The translations under genes were made by a program, and so were the position numbers. From a virus, in IMG/VR virus record IMGVR_UViG_3300033149_003931, positions 1 through 64,000 of that record: DNA of 64,000 nt; one strand, written 5' to 3'. The notes beneath the pieces are model-generated. The model was not told the origin of the DNA, ran no database searches, and was given only the letters and a program-made list of their open reading frames with translations. Every line of letters begins with the position of its first letter. Within the stretch, counting starts at the first letter, position 1. Shown here one piece after another: positions 1 through 8,894 of the stretch.

Positions 1-250
1 TTTTGTTGTATTTTTCCCACTCAGCCTGTTCGATTTCGTTGTATTTTTCCTGCGCAGCCCGGTCGATTTCGTTGTATTTTTCCCACTCAGCCTGTTTGAT
101 TTCGTTGTATTTTTTCCGTGCAGCCCGGTCGATTTCGTTGTATTTTTCCCACTCAGCCTGTATGATTTCGTTGTATTTTTTCCGTGCAGCCCGGTCGATT
201 TCGTTGTATTTTTCCCACTCAGGCTGTTTGATTTTGTTGTATTTTTTCAA
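1..250. repeat. 33-bp tandem repeat (alternating 66-bp higher-order unit) encoding the KYNEI 11-aa repeat
   Basis: GATTTCGTTGTATTTTT recurs every 33 bp with alternating CCCACTCAGCCTG / CCGTGCAGCCCGG spacers. Confidence 0.95.
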
Positions 251-541
251 ACCCCCTTGATTCAAAATTTCAGGACAAACACCAATACCCGCAAAATTTC
301 CATTCTTTATATCCTCTACTATACAAACAGGAAAATTTTTTGGTGTACTAAAATCTGTACACTCCCAATGTTCGCCCGTAACTTCAGGATAAAAAAAACT
401 TATAGCGCCATGTCCGCAAATATCGACAATCCAATTTTTATTATATCTTTTAAATTTATTAAAGGTTTTTCCTTTCAAATCGTCTTTTGTTAAATAAAAA
501 TAATCGGTATCTTTTTTGATTACTGAAATAAACTCACACAT
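1..541 (-). CDS. Hypothetical early protein with C-terminal 11-aa repeats (runs off the window edge; not in ORF track)
   Basis: ATG at 541 preceded by AGGGG; open frame MCEFISVIKK...GGLKKYNKIKQPEWEKYNEIDRAARKKYNEI... continues to position 1. Confidence 0.8.
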   Translation of the reverse strand, partial: MCEFISVIKKDTDYFYLTKDDLKGKTFNKFKRYNKNWIVDICGHGAISFFYPEVTGEHWECTDFSTPKNFPVCIVEDIKNGNFAGIGVCPEILNQGGLKKYNKIKQPEWEKYNEIDRAARKKYNEIIQAEWEKYNEIDRAARKKYNEIKQAEWEKYNEIDRAAQEKYNEIEQAEWEKYNK

Positions 542-619
542 TTTAACCCCCTTTATTAAATAAATATTATTTAGTTATTACAGAATAAATTTTTCGTTTT
601 ACCCTCAAACCACTTCCGG

Positions 620-696
620 TAACATCTGACATGATTAAAAAACCCTTAATTTTTGGCTGGTGGCCCGACGGACACCGCCCGATCTTGTGAATACTT
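620..696. repeat. Diverged ~76-bp direct repeat, copy 1 (copy 2 at 1341-1416)
   Basis: TAACATCTGACATGATTAAA...TAATTTTTGG..GTGGCCCGAC...GAATACTT shared by both copies. Confidence 0.85.
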
Positions 697-984
697 GATA
701 GCCGGAGTCTCTAAGATACACCATTTTAACGGATCCATTTTCTAACCTATAATTAGGCACTACCAGTTTAAAGCTTTCTTTAATGCCCGGATTTCTGGTG
801 CAAAATCTTCCTCCATATCTGAATCTAAAATTAACGCCCGGTAAGCTTTAATACAAGCCAGCCTCAAACGTCGCTTTTCTTTCTGTAATTTTTTAAGAAG
901 TTTGAATTGATATAACTGTAAAATCATTGGTTTAACCTCCCAGCCTTTCTTTCTTCAATATGTTTTGTGTTAACCCTAGAAATA

Positions 985-1353
985 TTAATCCTCACCTTTT
1001 AACATAATTGTTATAACAGGTTCCAGATTATCACCCGGCCCGCATTGTGACCACATATCTATAGGCTTTGTAACGATCCTACCATTTGCGGCTTTACTGG
1101 CGAATAGCGGGGTAAAATTAAATCTATCACCCTTAGAGCTTCGGATGCCTAATTTAAAAATAGTCAGCATATCCCAAGCCCGGCCCTGAAAGTCTTGTCC
1201 TGTTACTTCAAGATTATTTAATACTGCATTTACTCCCGCTGTTATTGCTACCGGGAATTTGATCCCCGCCTCTGCCGCCATTTCTGATAAATCAATCAAT
1301 ACGCCGTCTTCAATGGCTTCTTTTCTAGTATATTTAAAAATAACATCTGACAT
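985..1353 (-). CDS. Conserved phage hypothetical protein (DUF6573-like)
   Basis: YTRKEAIEDGVLID N-terminus and CGPGD..EPVITIM..ED C-terminus are typical of this family. Confidence 0.7.
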   Translation of the reverse strand: MSDVIFKYTRKEAIEDGVLIDLSEMAAEAGIKFPVAITAGVNAVLNNLEVTGQDFQGRAWDMLTIFKLGIRSSKGDRFNFTPLFASKAANGRIVTKPIDMWSQCGPGDNLEPVITIMLKGED

Positions 1354-1416
1354 GATTAAACCCCGTTTAATTTTTGGTTAGTGGCCCGACTGTCACACCT
1401 GACCGCGCGAATACTT
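1341..1416. repeat. Diverged ~76-bp direct repeat, copy 2
   Basis: Aligns with 620-696. Confidence 0.85.
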
Positions 1417-1543
1417 TATTTAAGTCTACCCGTGCCTTTAATGATTTTATCCTACCCGTTAAATGAAGTGCGTTTATTGGATCAACGGTATTTGATAAAG
1501 CAAATTCTAAAAAGTCTCTCTCTTTGTTCAAATTCTTTTTCAT
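1367..1543 (-). CDS. Small hypothetical protein (58 aa, MKKNLNKERD...GPLTKN)
   Basis: Open frame with AAGGA upstream, same strand as neighbours; below ORF-track cutoff. Confidence 0.55.
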   Translation of the reverse strand: MKKNLNKERDFLEFALSNTVDPINALHLTGRIKSLKARVDLNKVFARSGVTVGPLTKN

Positions 1544-1616
1544 ATCAATATCCTTTGTCTATGTTTGTTTGTTGCTTCAAGCATACTATTTTATTTTCAG
1601 TTTGTTAAGTCTACCG

Positions 1617-1976
1617 TTAAACTTTTTCAATTTTAAAAGTTTCTTCCCGCTTGATCCCGGTTCTTGTCAAAGCGTCTTCTTCATTTCTGCAATTTCCAAT
1701 TAAGATTTTTTGACAAAAGGTATGTATTAAATATTTACTGTTTCTTTTTAACCGCTTGTCCCAATAAGGGGTGAAAGCAAAAGGAATATCAAACCAGCGC
1801 TCCCCGTCAATCTGACTCCTAAAACCCTGTACTGTCCAGCCGTCAAATTTTAAACCGTGTTTCGTGATAATCTTACGGCTTTTGTCTGTATCCTTAACAT
1901 ATAAGTCTGACTCATGATTATCGATCTCACATCCAGCCTCTTTTAATTCGTGATATAAATTTTTTTGATTTGGCAT
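1617..1976 (-). CDS. Phage hypothetical protein (HESDLYV motif)
   Basis: ATG 1976 preceded by GGAGG; motifs IDNHESDLYVK and W.DIPFAF.PYW. Confidence 0.7.
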   Translation of the reverse strand: MPNQKNLYHELKEAGCEIDNHESDLYVKDTDKSRKIITKHGLKFDGWTVQGFRSQIDGERWFDIPFAFTPYWDKRLKRNSKYLIHTFCQKILIGNCRNEEDALTRTGIKREETFKIEKV

Positions 1977-2005
1977 TTCTCGATCCTCCATTGCTTTATT
2001 ATTAA

Positions 2006-2365
2006 TTATACTAATAAAGTATAAACTTTCCTGTCCACTTCTTGAACTTGCGCACTGTAGGTTGCGGCCCACAGTCTACACTTTCCCCGCTTCCAGTCGT
2101 TTATTTGTTGTTTTGTTGCCACTGTGCCCTCTGAATCTTCCAATAATTGAAAGTCAATTCTTCCCGGTTCATCACAAGAGTTAAACAGATAGTTTTCTCT
2201 CTTGTCCTCGATTCCCAGAGAGTCACACACATTTTTAATTAATTCTGTTTGAGACTCTGCTTTAAATTCATCCTCTACAAAATAACTTCTTGTTGTGTCT
2301 GGTTGGCATCCCGTATCAAAAATATCTTCCTCAACAAATTTTAAAAAGCCGTTTATCTCTAGCAT
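2006..2365 (-). CDS. Hypothetical protein
   Basis: ATG 2365 with GGAGG SD; part of the minus-strand early cluster. Confidence 0.7.
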   Translation of the reverse strand: MLEINGFLKFVEEDIFDTGCQPDTTRSYFVEDEFKAESQTELIKNVCDSLGIEDKRENYLFNSCDEPGRIDFQLLEDSEGTVATKQQINDWKRGKCRLWAATYSAQVQEVDRKVYTLLV

Positions 2366-2405
2366 TTTCTGATCCTCCATTATGTCTTGAATTACTCATT
2401 ATAAT

Positions 2406-2705
2406 TTATCCTTTTACTGAATACTCGATAGCATCATTTAAAAAATCAAACTCAGCAATACAGGCGCCTATATTTTCATGTGATACTTGCCATTTTTTCC
2501 ATAAATGGTTATATTTTATTTCATAACCATTAACCAATTTCCCGTAATGAATTTTTGCTCCCGTTTCTGTAGAATGATGTTTGTTAAATTCTTCTTGCAA
2601 ATACTTTTCTGTTCGTTCTCCCGTGCAGACCATGCTCCAATTACCGCAAGAACATACTGCTTGAGCATCATGTAAACTAATTATAACTAATTCATGTCCT
2701 TTCAT
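2406..2705 (-). CDS. Hypothetical protein (CxC + H, possible Zn binding)
   Basis: AGGAGG SD; VCSCGNW...H motif. Confidence 0.65.
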   Translation of the reverse strand: MKGHELVIISLHDAQAVCSCGNWSMVCTGERTEKYLQEEFNKHHSTETGAKIHYGKLVNGYEIKYNHLWKKWQVSHENIGACIAEFDFLNDAIEYSVKG

Positions 2706-2787
2706 AGTTTAACCCTCCTGTCAATCTTTACTTCCGTTCCTGTTACTTTATTAATTATTATCTGGTCTCCTGTATGCCATAGGCTTT

Positions 2788-3003
2788 TTAAATTAGATCA
2801 ATTAATTTTTTATTTGCATCATATTTATTAATTAATTGATGTAATTCTTTTTCCACCAAATCAATATTAAAATTTTCTTCTGGTTCATACCCTTGCTCTA
2901 AACTATCTAATGCACTATTTAAAGTTGATGGAGATATACCGCCCGCTTTTTCATTATCAATTTCAGCTTTAAAAAATCTTTTGGTTTCTTTGCTAATTTT
3001 CAT
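2788..3003 (-). CDS. Hypothetical protein
   Basis: AGGGG SD; ORF in early cluster. Confidence 0.6.
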   Translation of the reverse strand: MKISKETKRFFKAEIDNEKAGGISPSTLNSALDSLEQGYEPEENFNIDLVEKELHQLINKYDANKKLIDLI

Positions 3004-3017
3004 TTTTAGCCCCTATA

Positions 3018-3042
3018 GGGCCGGGAATTTGAACACCCAGCC
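3018..3042. repeat. Intergenic GC-rich hairpin element, copy 1
   Basis: GGGCCGGGAATTTGAACACCCAGCC between a stop codon and the next RBS. Confidence 0.7.
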
Positions 3043-3048
3043 TGTGTT

Positions 3049-3561
3049 TTAATCTACTGTTATTAATAAAAACCTTTCTCCGCCTCTTAAAGAGACCCAA
3101 ACATGATTTCCACCTCTGCCAACAATAACCCGGCCACTGTGATATTTAAACCATTTTGTTAAATCTTGCTCTATCTCTTCGAGAGATGCAAAGGGTTTTT
3201 GCTCCTCATAATATTTTTTGATCTCAGCACTTCGCCAGTATGCTTCTTGATCCTCAATAATTACTGTCACTTTTCCGGCCTCTTCATGATCAAGCTCTAC
3301 TGTCAAGTTCTTTATTTCCGGCGGATCATTCCGCAAGTCGTCAATAAAATACTGCTTTGCTTTTTTCGCGTCCTTCGCATGGATAGCCCGTTCCAGTTTT
3401 ACAAGGTAAACCCCGCCCTGTGATTTTTTGGGATTATCCTCCTCAATAATATCATACTTATTAATAGCCTCAAATTTTGCAATAGGGTAAAAGGAGCCCT
3501 TACTTTTTTGGCAATCTTCGCATTGATGTAAAGTTCTATCCGCATAAGGTCTTTGCAACAT
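3049..3561 (-). CDS. Hypothetical protein with N-terminal CxxC
   Basis: 170-aa ORF, GAGG SD. Confidence 0.65.
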   Translation of the reverse strand: MLQRPYADRTLHQCEDCQKSKGSFYPIAKFEAINKYDIIEEDNPKKSQGGVYLVKLERAIHAKDAKKAKQYFIDDLRNDPPEIKNLTVELDHEEAGKVTVIIEDQEAYWRSAEIKKYYEEQKPFASLEEIEQDLTKWFKYHSGRVIVGRGGNHVWVSLRGGERFLLITVD

Positions 3562-3579
3562 TTTTTCTTTCCTCCTATT

Positions 3580-3603
3580 GGGCCGGGTTTAAATTCCCGG
3601 CCC
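3580..3603. repeat. Intergenic GC-rich hairpin element, copy 2 (loop in inverted orientation)
   Basis: GGGCCGGG-TTTAAATT-CCCGGCCC, perfect 8-bp stem. Confidence 0.75.
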
Positions 3604-3618
3604 TTGATTTTTAAAAAG

Positions 3619-4536
3619 TTAAGCCGCGGCGCTTACTGTTTCCCGTTCTTCGGCTTTCTCTTCTGTTCTTCTGCCTTGCATATAGTCAACCGCTTTCTGC
3701 GCTCTTCCTGAAGCAACAAAGATTAATTTCGGATCAGATTTTAACTTACTGATCCAGCCGTTAATATAAGCCTGCTGGTTTTCTTCTAGCTTTTCGTTAC
3801 TGATTCCAGTTAATGCACATATAAAAGCCGTTCCAATTTCCGCCGTTAATTCTTCCCGGCTGTATTGTTCCCTGCCGAATCCGTCCGACTCTGTGACGCC
3901 TTCCCGGTTTAATCTCTCTTTATGTCCTGTACTGTGGGTCAATTCGTGAAATAGTGTGCCGTAATATTCTGGCTCATTCTCGAATGTCTCCGGCTGTGGC
4001 ATCATAATAACATCATCTAATGGTCTATAACAGGCCCGGCTGCCGCCGTGGTTTACTGGTGGTTTATCCTTGAAATCGACAACAAACTTTTCCGCATTAT
4101 CGATCTGCTGGAATTCAGAAATCTGAATATTGTTAGTTTCGTATTTGATCCCCTCTGTTTGTTCAATATTAAATACCCGGTAATATTTGAGAAAGGGTAT
4201 TTTTTTCTTCTTCGGCTGGCCTGAGGCGTCCCGCTCTTCTGTCTCTCTGATTAACCATTGCCAGAATACTATTAGTTCAGACTTGGAACCCTTCTTGACC
4301 TTGCCGCCTAAGGTCTGAACCTGTTTAAATGTCAGGTAATAAGGACTTGAAAAACCCTTATCTATCAAGTTAAAGAACAGCACAAAAGCGTTGACTCCGC
4401 GATAGGGTTTCTTACTGATAAAATTCTTCGGCATTTCGCCCGCACCCTTCCAAGTTTTACGCCACGGGATTTTACCTTTTTCTAAACCATTAATGATACG
4501 ATCTGTAATTGCTCGATAAATATCTTTGTTTGTCAT
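3619..4536 (-). CDS. ardC: ArdC-like antirestriction / ssDNA-binding protein with C-terminal zincin metallopeptidase domain
   Basis: ITDRIINGLEKGKIPWRKTW, YRGVN, TFKQ...GGKVKKG, Y.VFNIEQTEG, HELTHSTGH..RLNR, YSREEL.AEIG. Confidence 0.9.
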   Translation of the reverse strand: MTNKDIYRAITDRIINGLEKGKIPWRKTWKGAGEMPKNFISKKPYRGVNAFVLFFNLIDKGFSSPYYLTFKQVQTLGGKVKKGSKSELIVFWQWLIRETEERDASGQPKKKKIPFLKYYRVFNIEQTEGIKYETNNIQISEFQQIDNAEKFVVDFKDKPPVNHGGSRACYRPLDDVIMMPQPETFENEPEYYGTLFHELTHSTGHKERLNREGVTESDGFGREQYSREELTAEIGTAFICALTGISNEKLEENQQAYINGWISKLKSDPKLIFVASGRAQKAVDYMQGRRTEEKAEERETVSAAA

Positions 4537-4552
4537 CTGTCCCCCTCTGTTG

Positions 4553-4577
4553 GGGCTGGGAATTTAAACACCAGGCC
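4553..4577. repeat. Intergenic GC-rich hairpin element, copy 3
   Basis: GGGCTGGGAATTTAAACACCAGGCC, matches copy 1. Confidence 0.7.
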
Positions 4578-4592
4578 TTGCTTTTTATAAAA

Positions 4593-5099
4593 TTAAGCCT
4601 TTGTAAGTTGTCTATCAATTACAGCGTGGCCGCCTTTGTATAGATCAGGATAAACAACGGCCCCGTCGCCCTCGTTATTCTCGAAAGCCAAAACAATAGC
4701 CTTGTTAAAATGCGGATTAAGCTGGCCCTTATCAATCCAAGCTTGGATTTGTTCCAGCGTTCCTATAAAATTATAACAAGCACCGCCTCTCATGGTCTGA
4801 CATGTTAAGCCAGACGTACTTAAGGTTCTGATCTTCGAGTCTGTGTCACATGTAAAAGGCTGATCCCATCCGGCAAAGATAGCATCCTTTAACGGAATTT
4901 CCGGCGCACTGGCGTATAATCTGCTCTTAAGTCTTAACTTGTACTTTTTGCGCTTTCCCTTTTCTGAAAAAATCGGGTTGCTTTCGGGGTCAATGTCTTT
5001 GATTATAATTTCTAATTTGTGGGTCATTGCCAGCATTGAATCAATTTTAAATAACGTATACTTTTCACCGGTTTTAAAAATCTCTGTTAACTCTTGCAT
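4593..5099 (-). CDS. Hypothetical protein
   Basis: 168-aa ORF with AAGGAG SD. Confidence 0.7.
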   Translation of the reverse strand: MQELTEIFKTGEKYTLFKIDSMLAMTHKLEIIIKDIDPESNPIFSEKGKRKKYKLRLKSRLYASAPEIPLKDAIFAGWDQPFTCDTDSKIRTLSTSGLTCQTMRGGACYNFIGTLEQIQAWIDKGQLNPHFNKAIVLAFENNEGDGAVVYPDLYKGGHAVIDRQLTKA

Positions 5100-5138
5100 G
5101 ATCTTTTCTCCTTGTAATGATTAATGATTACTGTTAAT

Positions 5139-5357
5139 TTAAACATCATATAAGCGCGTCATACTATTTTTAAATGCGTCCTGTCCAGCTAATCGTCCAC
5201 ACCCCGGCCCCATATACATATAATTTCCAGCGTAATTATTTGCTTTTGGGTTGTCTGAAAGTCTGCCGTTGTCGATTGCTTTTTTAAATGCGTCGCAGGC
5301 TTCGGTTCTGATCTCGTCAAAGACTTTTAATTCTTGTGTTAGCTCTGGCATGTTCAA
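5139..5357 (-). CDS. Hypothetical protein
   Basis: GGAGG SD; AF..AI..GRLS.......YAG.YMYMG motif seen in phage early proteins. Confidence 0.6.
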   Translation of the reverse strand: MNMPELTQELKVFDEIRTEACDAFKKAIDNGRLSDNPKANNYAGNYMYMGPGCGRLAGQDAFKNSMTRLYDV

Positions 5358-5605
5358 CCCTCCGTTGTTATTAAAAAAAATAATATGTTACTTCATGCTG
5401 TTTTAAATGTGCTTTGGCTTTTTTAAGTTCTTTCAAAATATTTTTTACCTCTGACCGGTTAAATTTTAGCTGCTCTTTATACTGTTTATTGTCATTTGTT
5501 TATTAGATAATGCGCCATAAATTTGATTCGTCAAGTTAAGTCAGTCATTTTTTAATATCATTTGTTTCATCTTTTGTGCCCCTTTTGTTTGCCTGAATTA
5601 ACTCA

Positions 5606-5634
5606 AGCATAGCACATCAACCGGCGTTTGTCAA
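5606..5634 (-). promoter_or_regulatory. Early sigma70-type promoter
   Basis: TTGACA-N17-TATGCT with TG extended -10 and A-tract UP element; near twin of the 8242-8270 promoter. Confidence 0.8.
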
Positions 5635-6113
5635 GACATCAGCAAAATATTTTTTTAAAAAACCCACAGACTCGACGGGAGAATTTAAGAAACTGAAGCG
5701 GCAAATATCAAACTGGATTTTGTAAAACCCGAAAGCTAAAACCAGAAAACCCAAAACGCCCAAAGCCTTAGCCTGTGGCCGCAGGATCAAGCCGGGAAGA
5801 TTCGAGCAGGCCCCTAAAGGAAACTATACAAAATGCCAAAGAAAACTTGAAACAAATCTCTAATATATTATATAAGTAAAACTGTAGACTTTTAATTCTA
5901 AGTTAGTTATGAATAACTGAACTATTTAGCCAGTCAAAAGAACAGAAAAGCCGGACGGCTCACAAAGGAAAGCCGGGAATGAGTCCATCAATATTAATAA
6001 TCTCTCAAGAGTAAAAGAGAATAGATAAGCTATAGTTAATCATAGGTTAATAGGACAATGGAGACGGGAAGCGAAAGGAATACGGGCATACTTAGAATCA
6101 GGGAACTTAATGG

Positions 6114-6263
6114 TATATATAAAAAAGGCCCGGTACTGTCTCTAAGGGGCTGCATATTCATAGTTTACTACATATTAAGCTATTACTGGACATAAAGAAG
6201 CCCGGCATCCCTGATTTAAGAGATTTACCGGGCTTTTTTATATAAGTATATGCTCCAGTAATG
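6114..6263 (-). terminator. Long inverted repeat / terminator with alternative pairings
   Basis: AAGCCCGG..CCGGGCTT stem extended by TTACTGGA/TCCAGTAA; alternative partner TATATAAAAAAGGCCCGGTA. Confidence 0.6.
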
Positions 6264-6361
6264 ATTTATGATTAATTCATTAGTGTATCACATCCTTTCT
6301 ATAGTTATTATGCCTTATAATAACCTTTTTATTTTACTTAAGTTTATATTATACCAATGAC

Positions 6362-6523
6362 TTAGATGTTGTCCCACGCTTCAGCCTCTTTGACGTTCTT
6401 AACAATGGTATTAGCTGCTTCTCTGCTTAATCTTTGGGTGATCTCTTGACCTGTAAAAGTATCTATCACATAATAGATAGGATATTTACTGTTTGTATTC
6501 TCAATGATCTTATAACGTTCCAT
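6362..6523 (-). CDS. Small hypothetical protein (53 aa, MERYKIIENT...)
   Basis: Open frame with AAGGG upstream; below ORF-track cutoff. Confidence 0.55.
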   Translation of the reverse strand: MERYKIIENTNSKYPIYYVIDTFTGQEITQRLSREAANTIVKNVKEAEAWDNI

Positions 6524-6545
6524 GATATACCCTTTTTTTATTAGA

Positions 6546-6851
6546 TTATATATGAGAGATTTTATCTTTGATTAATATGTCATATTTTTTTTTAAAGTTA
6601 TTGTAATTTGATAGAATACATTCCTGCGCTATTGAAAATTTTAATATTTGCAAAGTGTATGCTTTATCTATTCTGTTATAATATAACTGAACATCTTGAG
6701 AATTTGTAACAGCCAGTTTTTCAACATTCTGGCCGTTCAGAGAATTTTTGAAATAGGCAAGCATGGCAATACCGTATTTATCAGATTCTTTAATAATAAT
6801 ATATTGGATATTTTCTTCCCGTGTCTTACCTTCAATGTTTATTATCTTCAT
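6546..6851 (-). CDS. Hypothetical protein
   Basis: AGGGGG SD; early cluster. Confidence 0.6.
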   Translation of the reverse strand: MKIINIEGKTREENIQYIIIKESDKYGIAMLAYFKNSLNGQNVEKLAVTNSQDVQLYYNRIDKAYTLQILKFSIAQECILSNYNNFKKKYDILIKDKISHI

Positions 6852-6962
6852 TATTTTAACCCCCTATAATAGATTAATTTAAGCTTGGTTTACCTGGCGA
6901 ACATGTAAGACCTCTTCTACAGGATAATCATTATCTTGTATCCTTTGTTGATTAGTTATTAT

Positions 6963-7226
6963 TTAAGCCATATTATTATAAGCGAATAAAATATCTTTTA
7001 TGCTTGCATTTTCTAAGACCTCACAACCGGTTTCCCTTTCTAAACGTTGGATTTGATTGTTTTCATTTTTTAAAAAATGGTATAAGTTATTGTATTTATA
7101 TGAAAGCTTGTTAACAACCATCCCGCAACCAAAACTATTACCAATAATAGTATAAAAAGTCACTGTAATTTTTTCTTTTAATTTTGTATTATAGTTAATT
7201 GTAACATATTGACGTTCGTTTCTCAT
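6963..7226 (-). CDS. Hypothetical protein
   Basis: AGGAG SD. Confidence 0.6.
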   Translation of the reverse strand: MRNERQYVTINYNTKLKEKITVTFYTIIGNSFGCGMVVNKLSYKYNNLYHFLKNENNQIQRLERETGCEVLENASIKDILFAYNNMA

Positions 7227-7253
7227 TGTCTTATTCTCCTGTTAGTTAATAAA

Positions 7254-7466
7254 TTATAGTTCTATGGTATTTTTTATATTAAAAGCTATTGTTCGATTAC
7301 AGGCTTGAACTCTTGCCTTATGAGTACATCCTTTATATCCGTTTAAATTATCTCGGATTATATCTGTAATAATTAAACCGTGATCTCCGGCTCTATGAAA
7401 TTCTCCGCCTATTGGATGCCTTGTTGTTTCCCAATAACCATACCCCGGTTTAATTTTTAATAACAT
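7254..7466 (-). CDS. Hypothetical protein
   Basis: AGGGG SD. Confidence 0.55.
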   Translation of the reverse strand: MLLKIKPGYGYWETTRHPIGGEFHRAGDHGLIITDIIRDNLNGYKGCTHKARVQACNRTIAFNIKNTIEL

Positions 7467-7498
7467 ATTATAACCCCTAACAGTTAATAGTTTATAAA

Positions 7499-7780
7499 TT
7501 ATATCTCTTGCATTATTTTATTTAATGCCGTACGTAAATGAGTATCGTCTAAATATGTGTATAATACATCGCAAATAAATCTTGTTGAAGATAAACCGTC
7601 AATTATACTGCCACGCAAAAGATCGTAACAAGCCCGATCTTTATGTATGCGGCCTATGTTATTTTTTTGATAATACTCAATTAATTCTCGGATAGAATTA
7701 ATATTTTTGTTTTTTAATTTGTTTAATGCTTCTATCATTCCCGCCTTTAACATTGCATAATGTTCTTTTTTAATTTTCAT
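7499..7780 (-). CDS. Conserved phage hypothetical protein
   Basis: MKIK.EHY..LK ... LY.YL.D.H..TAL..I pattern; AAGGAG SD. Confidence 0.7.
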   Translation of the reverse strand: MKIKKEHYAMLKAGMIEALNKLKNKNINSIRELIEYYQKNNIGRIHKDRACYDLLRGSIIDGLSSTRFICDVLYTYLDDTHLRTALNKIMQEI

Positions 7781-7807
7781 TGTTTTAACTCCTTATAATT
7801 AAATAGT

Positions 7808-8002
7808 TTATAAAGCTACAGCAATAAAACAAGCTATTAGCATAAACACAAGGAAGAGAAGGAAGACTCCGAAACCAAGCGCCCCACATATAAACATACT
7901 GATCGTCATAATGCCCTCGGCCATAAGTCCCGTAAGCTTAATAATAATTTGACCAATGAATGATAAAATAGTTAACATGTGTCCAAAGATATTTGCTAAC
8001 AT
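7808..8002 (-). CDS. Small membrane protein
   Basis: Two long hydrophobic stretches; AAAGGA SD. Confidence 0.6.
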   Translation of the reverse strand: MLANIFGHMLTILSFIGQIIIKLTGLMAEGIMTISMFICGALGFGVFLLFLVFMLIACFIAVAL

Positions 8003-8056
8003 CTATTGATCCTTTCGTTCTGGATTTGATTTAGTATATAATAGTTTTGTTTGCAT

Positions 8057-8218
8057 TTATTTATTGATTCTTTCTTCTGAAGTCTCGATATAAAGAGCTT
8101 CAGCCTTTGTAATGGAATGAAGTATAACCAAAGCATTAAGCCAATAAAATGAGAGCTGCATGTCCCTGTAAAATTGTCTTGCCTCTTTGATTCTGATGTT
8201 TTCGTTTAGTCTTGTCAT
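8057..8218 (-). CDS. First early gene, hypothetical protein
   Basis: ATG 8218 lies just downstream of the 8242-8270 promoter. Confidence 0.55.
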   Translation of the reverse strand: MTRLNENIRIKEARQFYRDMQLSFYWLNALVILHSITKAEALYIETSEERINK

Positions 8219-8241
8219 TCGTCTGCCCGCCTTTTGATTCA

Positions 8242-8270
8242 ACCATAGCACACACCCAGCCACATGTCAA
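8242..8270 (-). promoter_or_regulatory. Early sigma70-type promoter
   Basis: TTGACA-N17-TATGGT with TG extended -10 and A-tract UP element. Confidence 0.8.
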
Positions 8271-8454
8271 GAGCTGTGCAAAATTTTTTTTGTTGCCCGT
8301 TGTTTCTCGTCGAGAGCGACACTGAAAGTTTTTTATTTTTTTTCTTGACACTCGTGATCACTCCGGCACTAAGCCCGGCCCAGCCAAAGCCTGGCATATT
8401 CCCACGAAAAGCAAGGGCTTAAAGTATAATTATAATTATATCTATATCTTATTT

Positions 8455-8580
8455 AACTTCTTAAGTCTTCTTAAGTCTTCCATAAACTTCCAGAAGACTT
8501 TAGAATAACTTCTTTATGCAAGCAGCAGATAAGCAATAAGAAGTTTACCAGAAGACTTACAGAAGTCTTCAGAAGATAAT
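8455..8580. repeat. Cluster of short AAGTCTTC / GAAGACTT repeats in AT-rich strand-switch region (candidate origin iterons)
   Basis: Multiple direct and inverted copies in a gene-free AT-rich tract between divergent modules. Confidence 0.45.
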
Positions 8581-8811
8581 ACACTAAGTAATAATAATCT
8601 AACATAAGTCATAACTCTATAGTAAGTCTCTTCTTAAATAAATTTTTATAAAGATATATAAAGAGTATTATAAACAAAAGAAGTATAAGACCTATAAGTA
8701 ATTGTCTCTGTACCAAGCATACGTTTACGCTTCCAATAAAATCGACTTCAAGGCAGATTGAGGATTCCAAAAATCCCGGGAAAATATTCCGGCCCATACA
8801 AAGATTACGAA

Positions 8812-8841
8812 TTGACAAAAGACCGGTCTCAAAAGTACAAT
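8812..8841 (+). promoter_or_regulatory. Sigma70-type promoter upstream of structured RNA A
   Basis: TTGACA-N18-TACAAT. Confidence 0.6.
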
Positions 8842-8894
8842 AAGCTGTACGGAATCATACATAAGAATGTACGAATACCAAAAAGGAACCCAAT

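Noticed and set aside
1-250. CRISPR array, and the + strand ORF 3..260
   Set aside because: Units are contiguous 33-mers with repeating rather than unique spacers; the repeat is coding on the minus strand and the + ORF is its shadow
645-930. TAG stop-codon reassignment suggested by in-frame TAGs near 745-765
   Set aside because: Long conserved genes are intact under code 11 and several genes end in TAG; local decay is the simpler explanation
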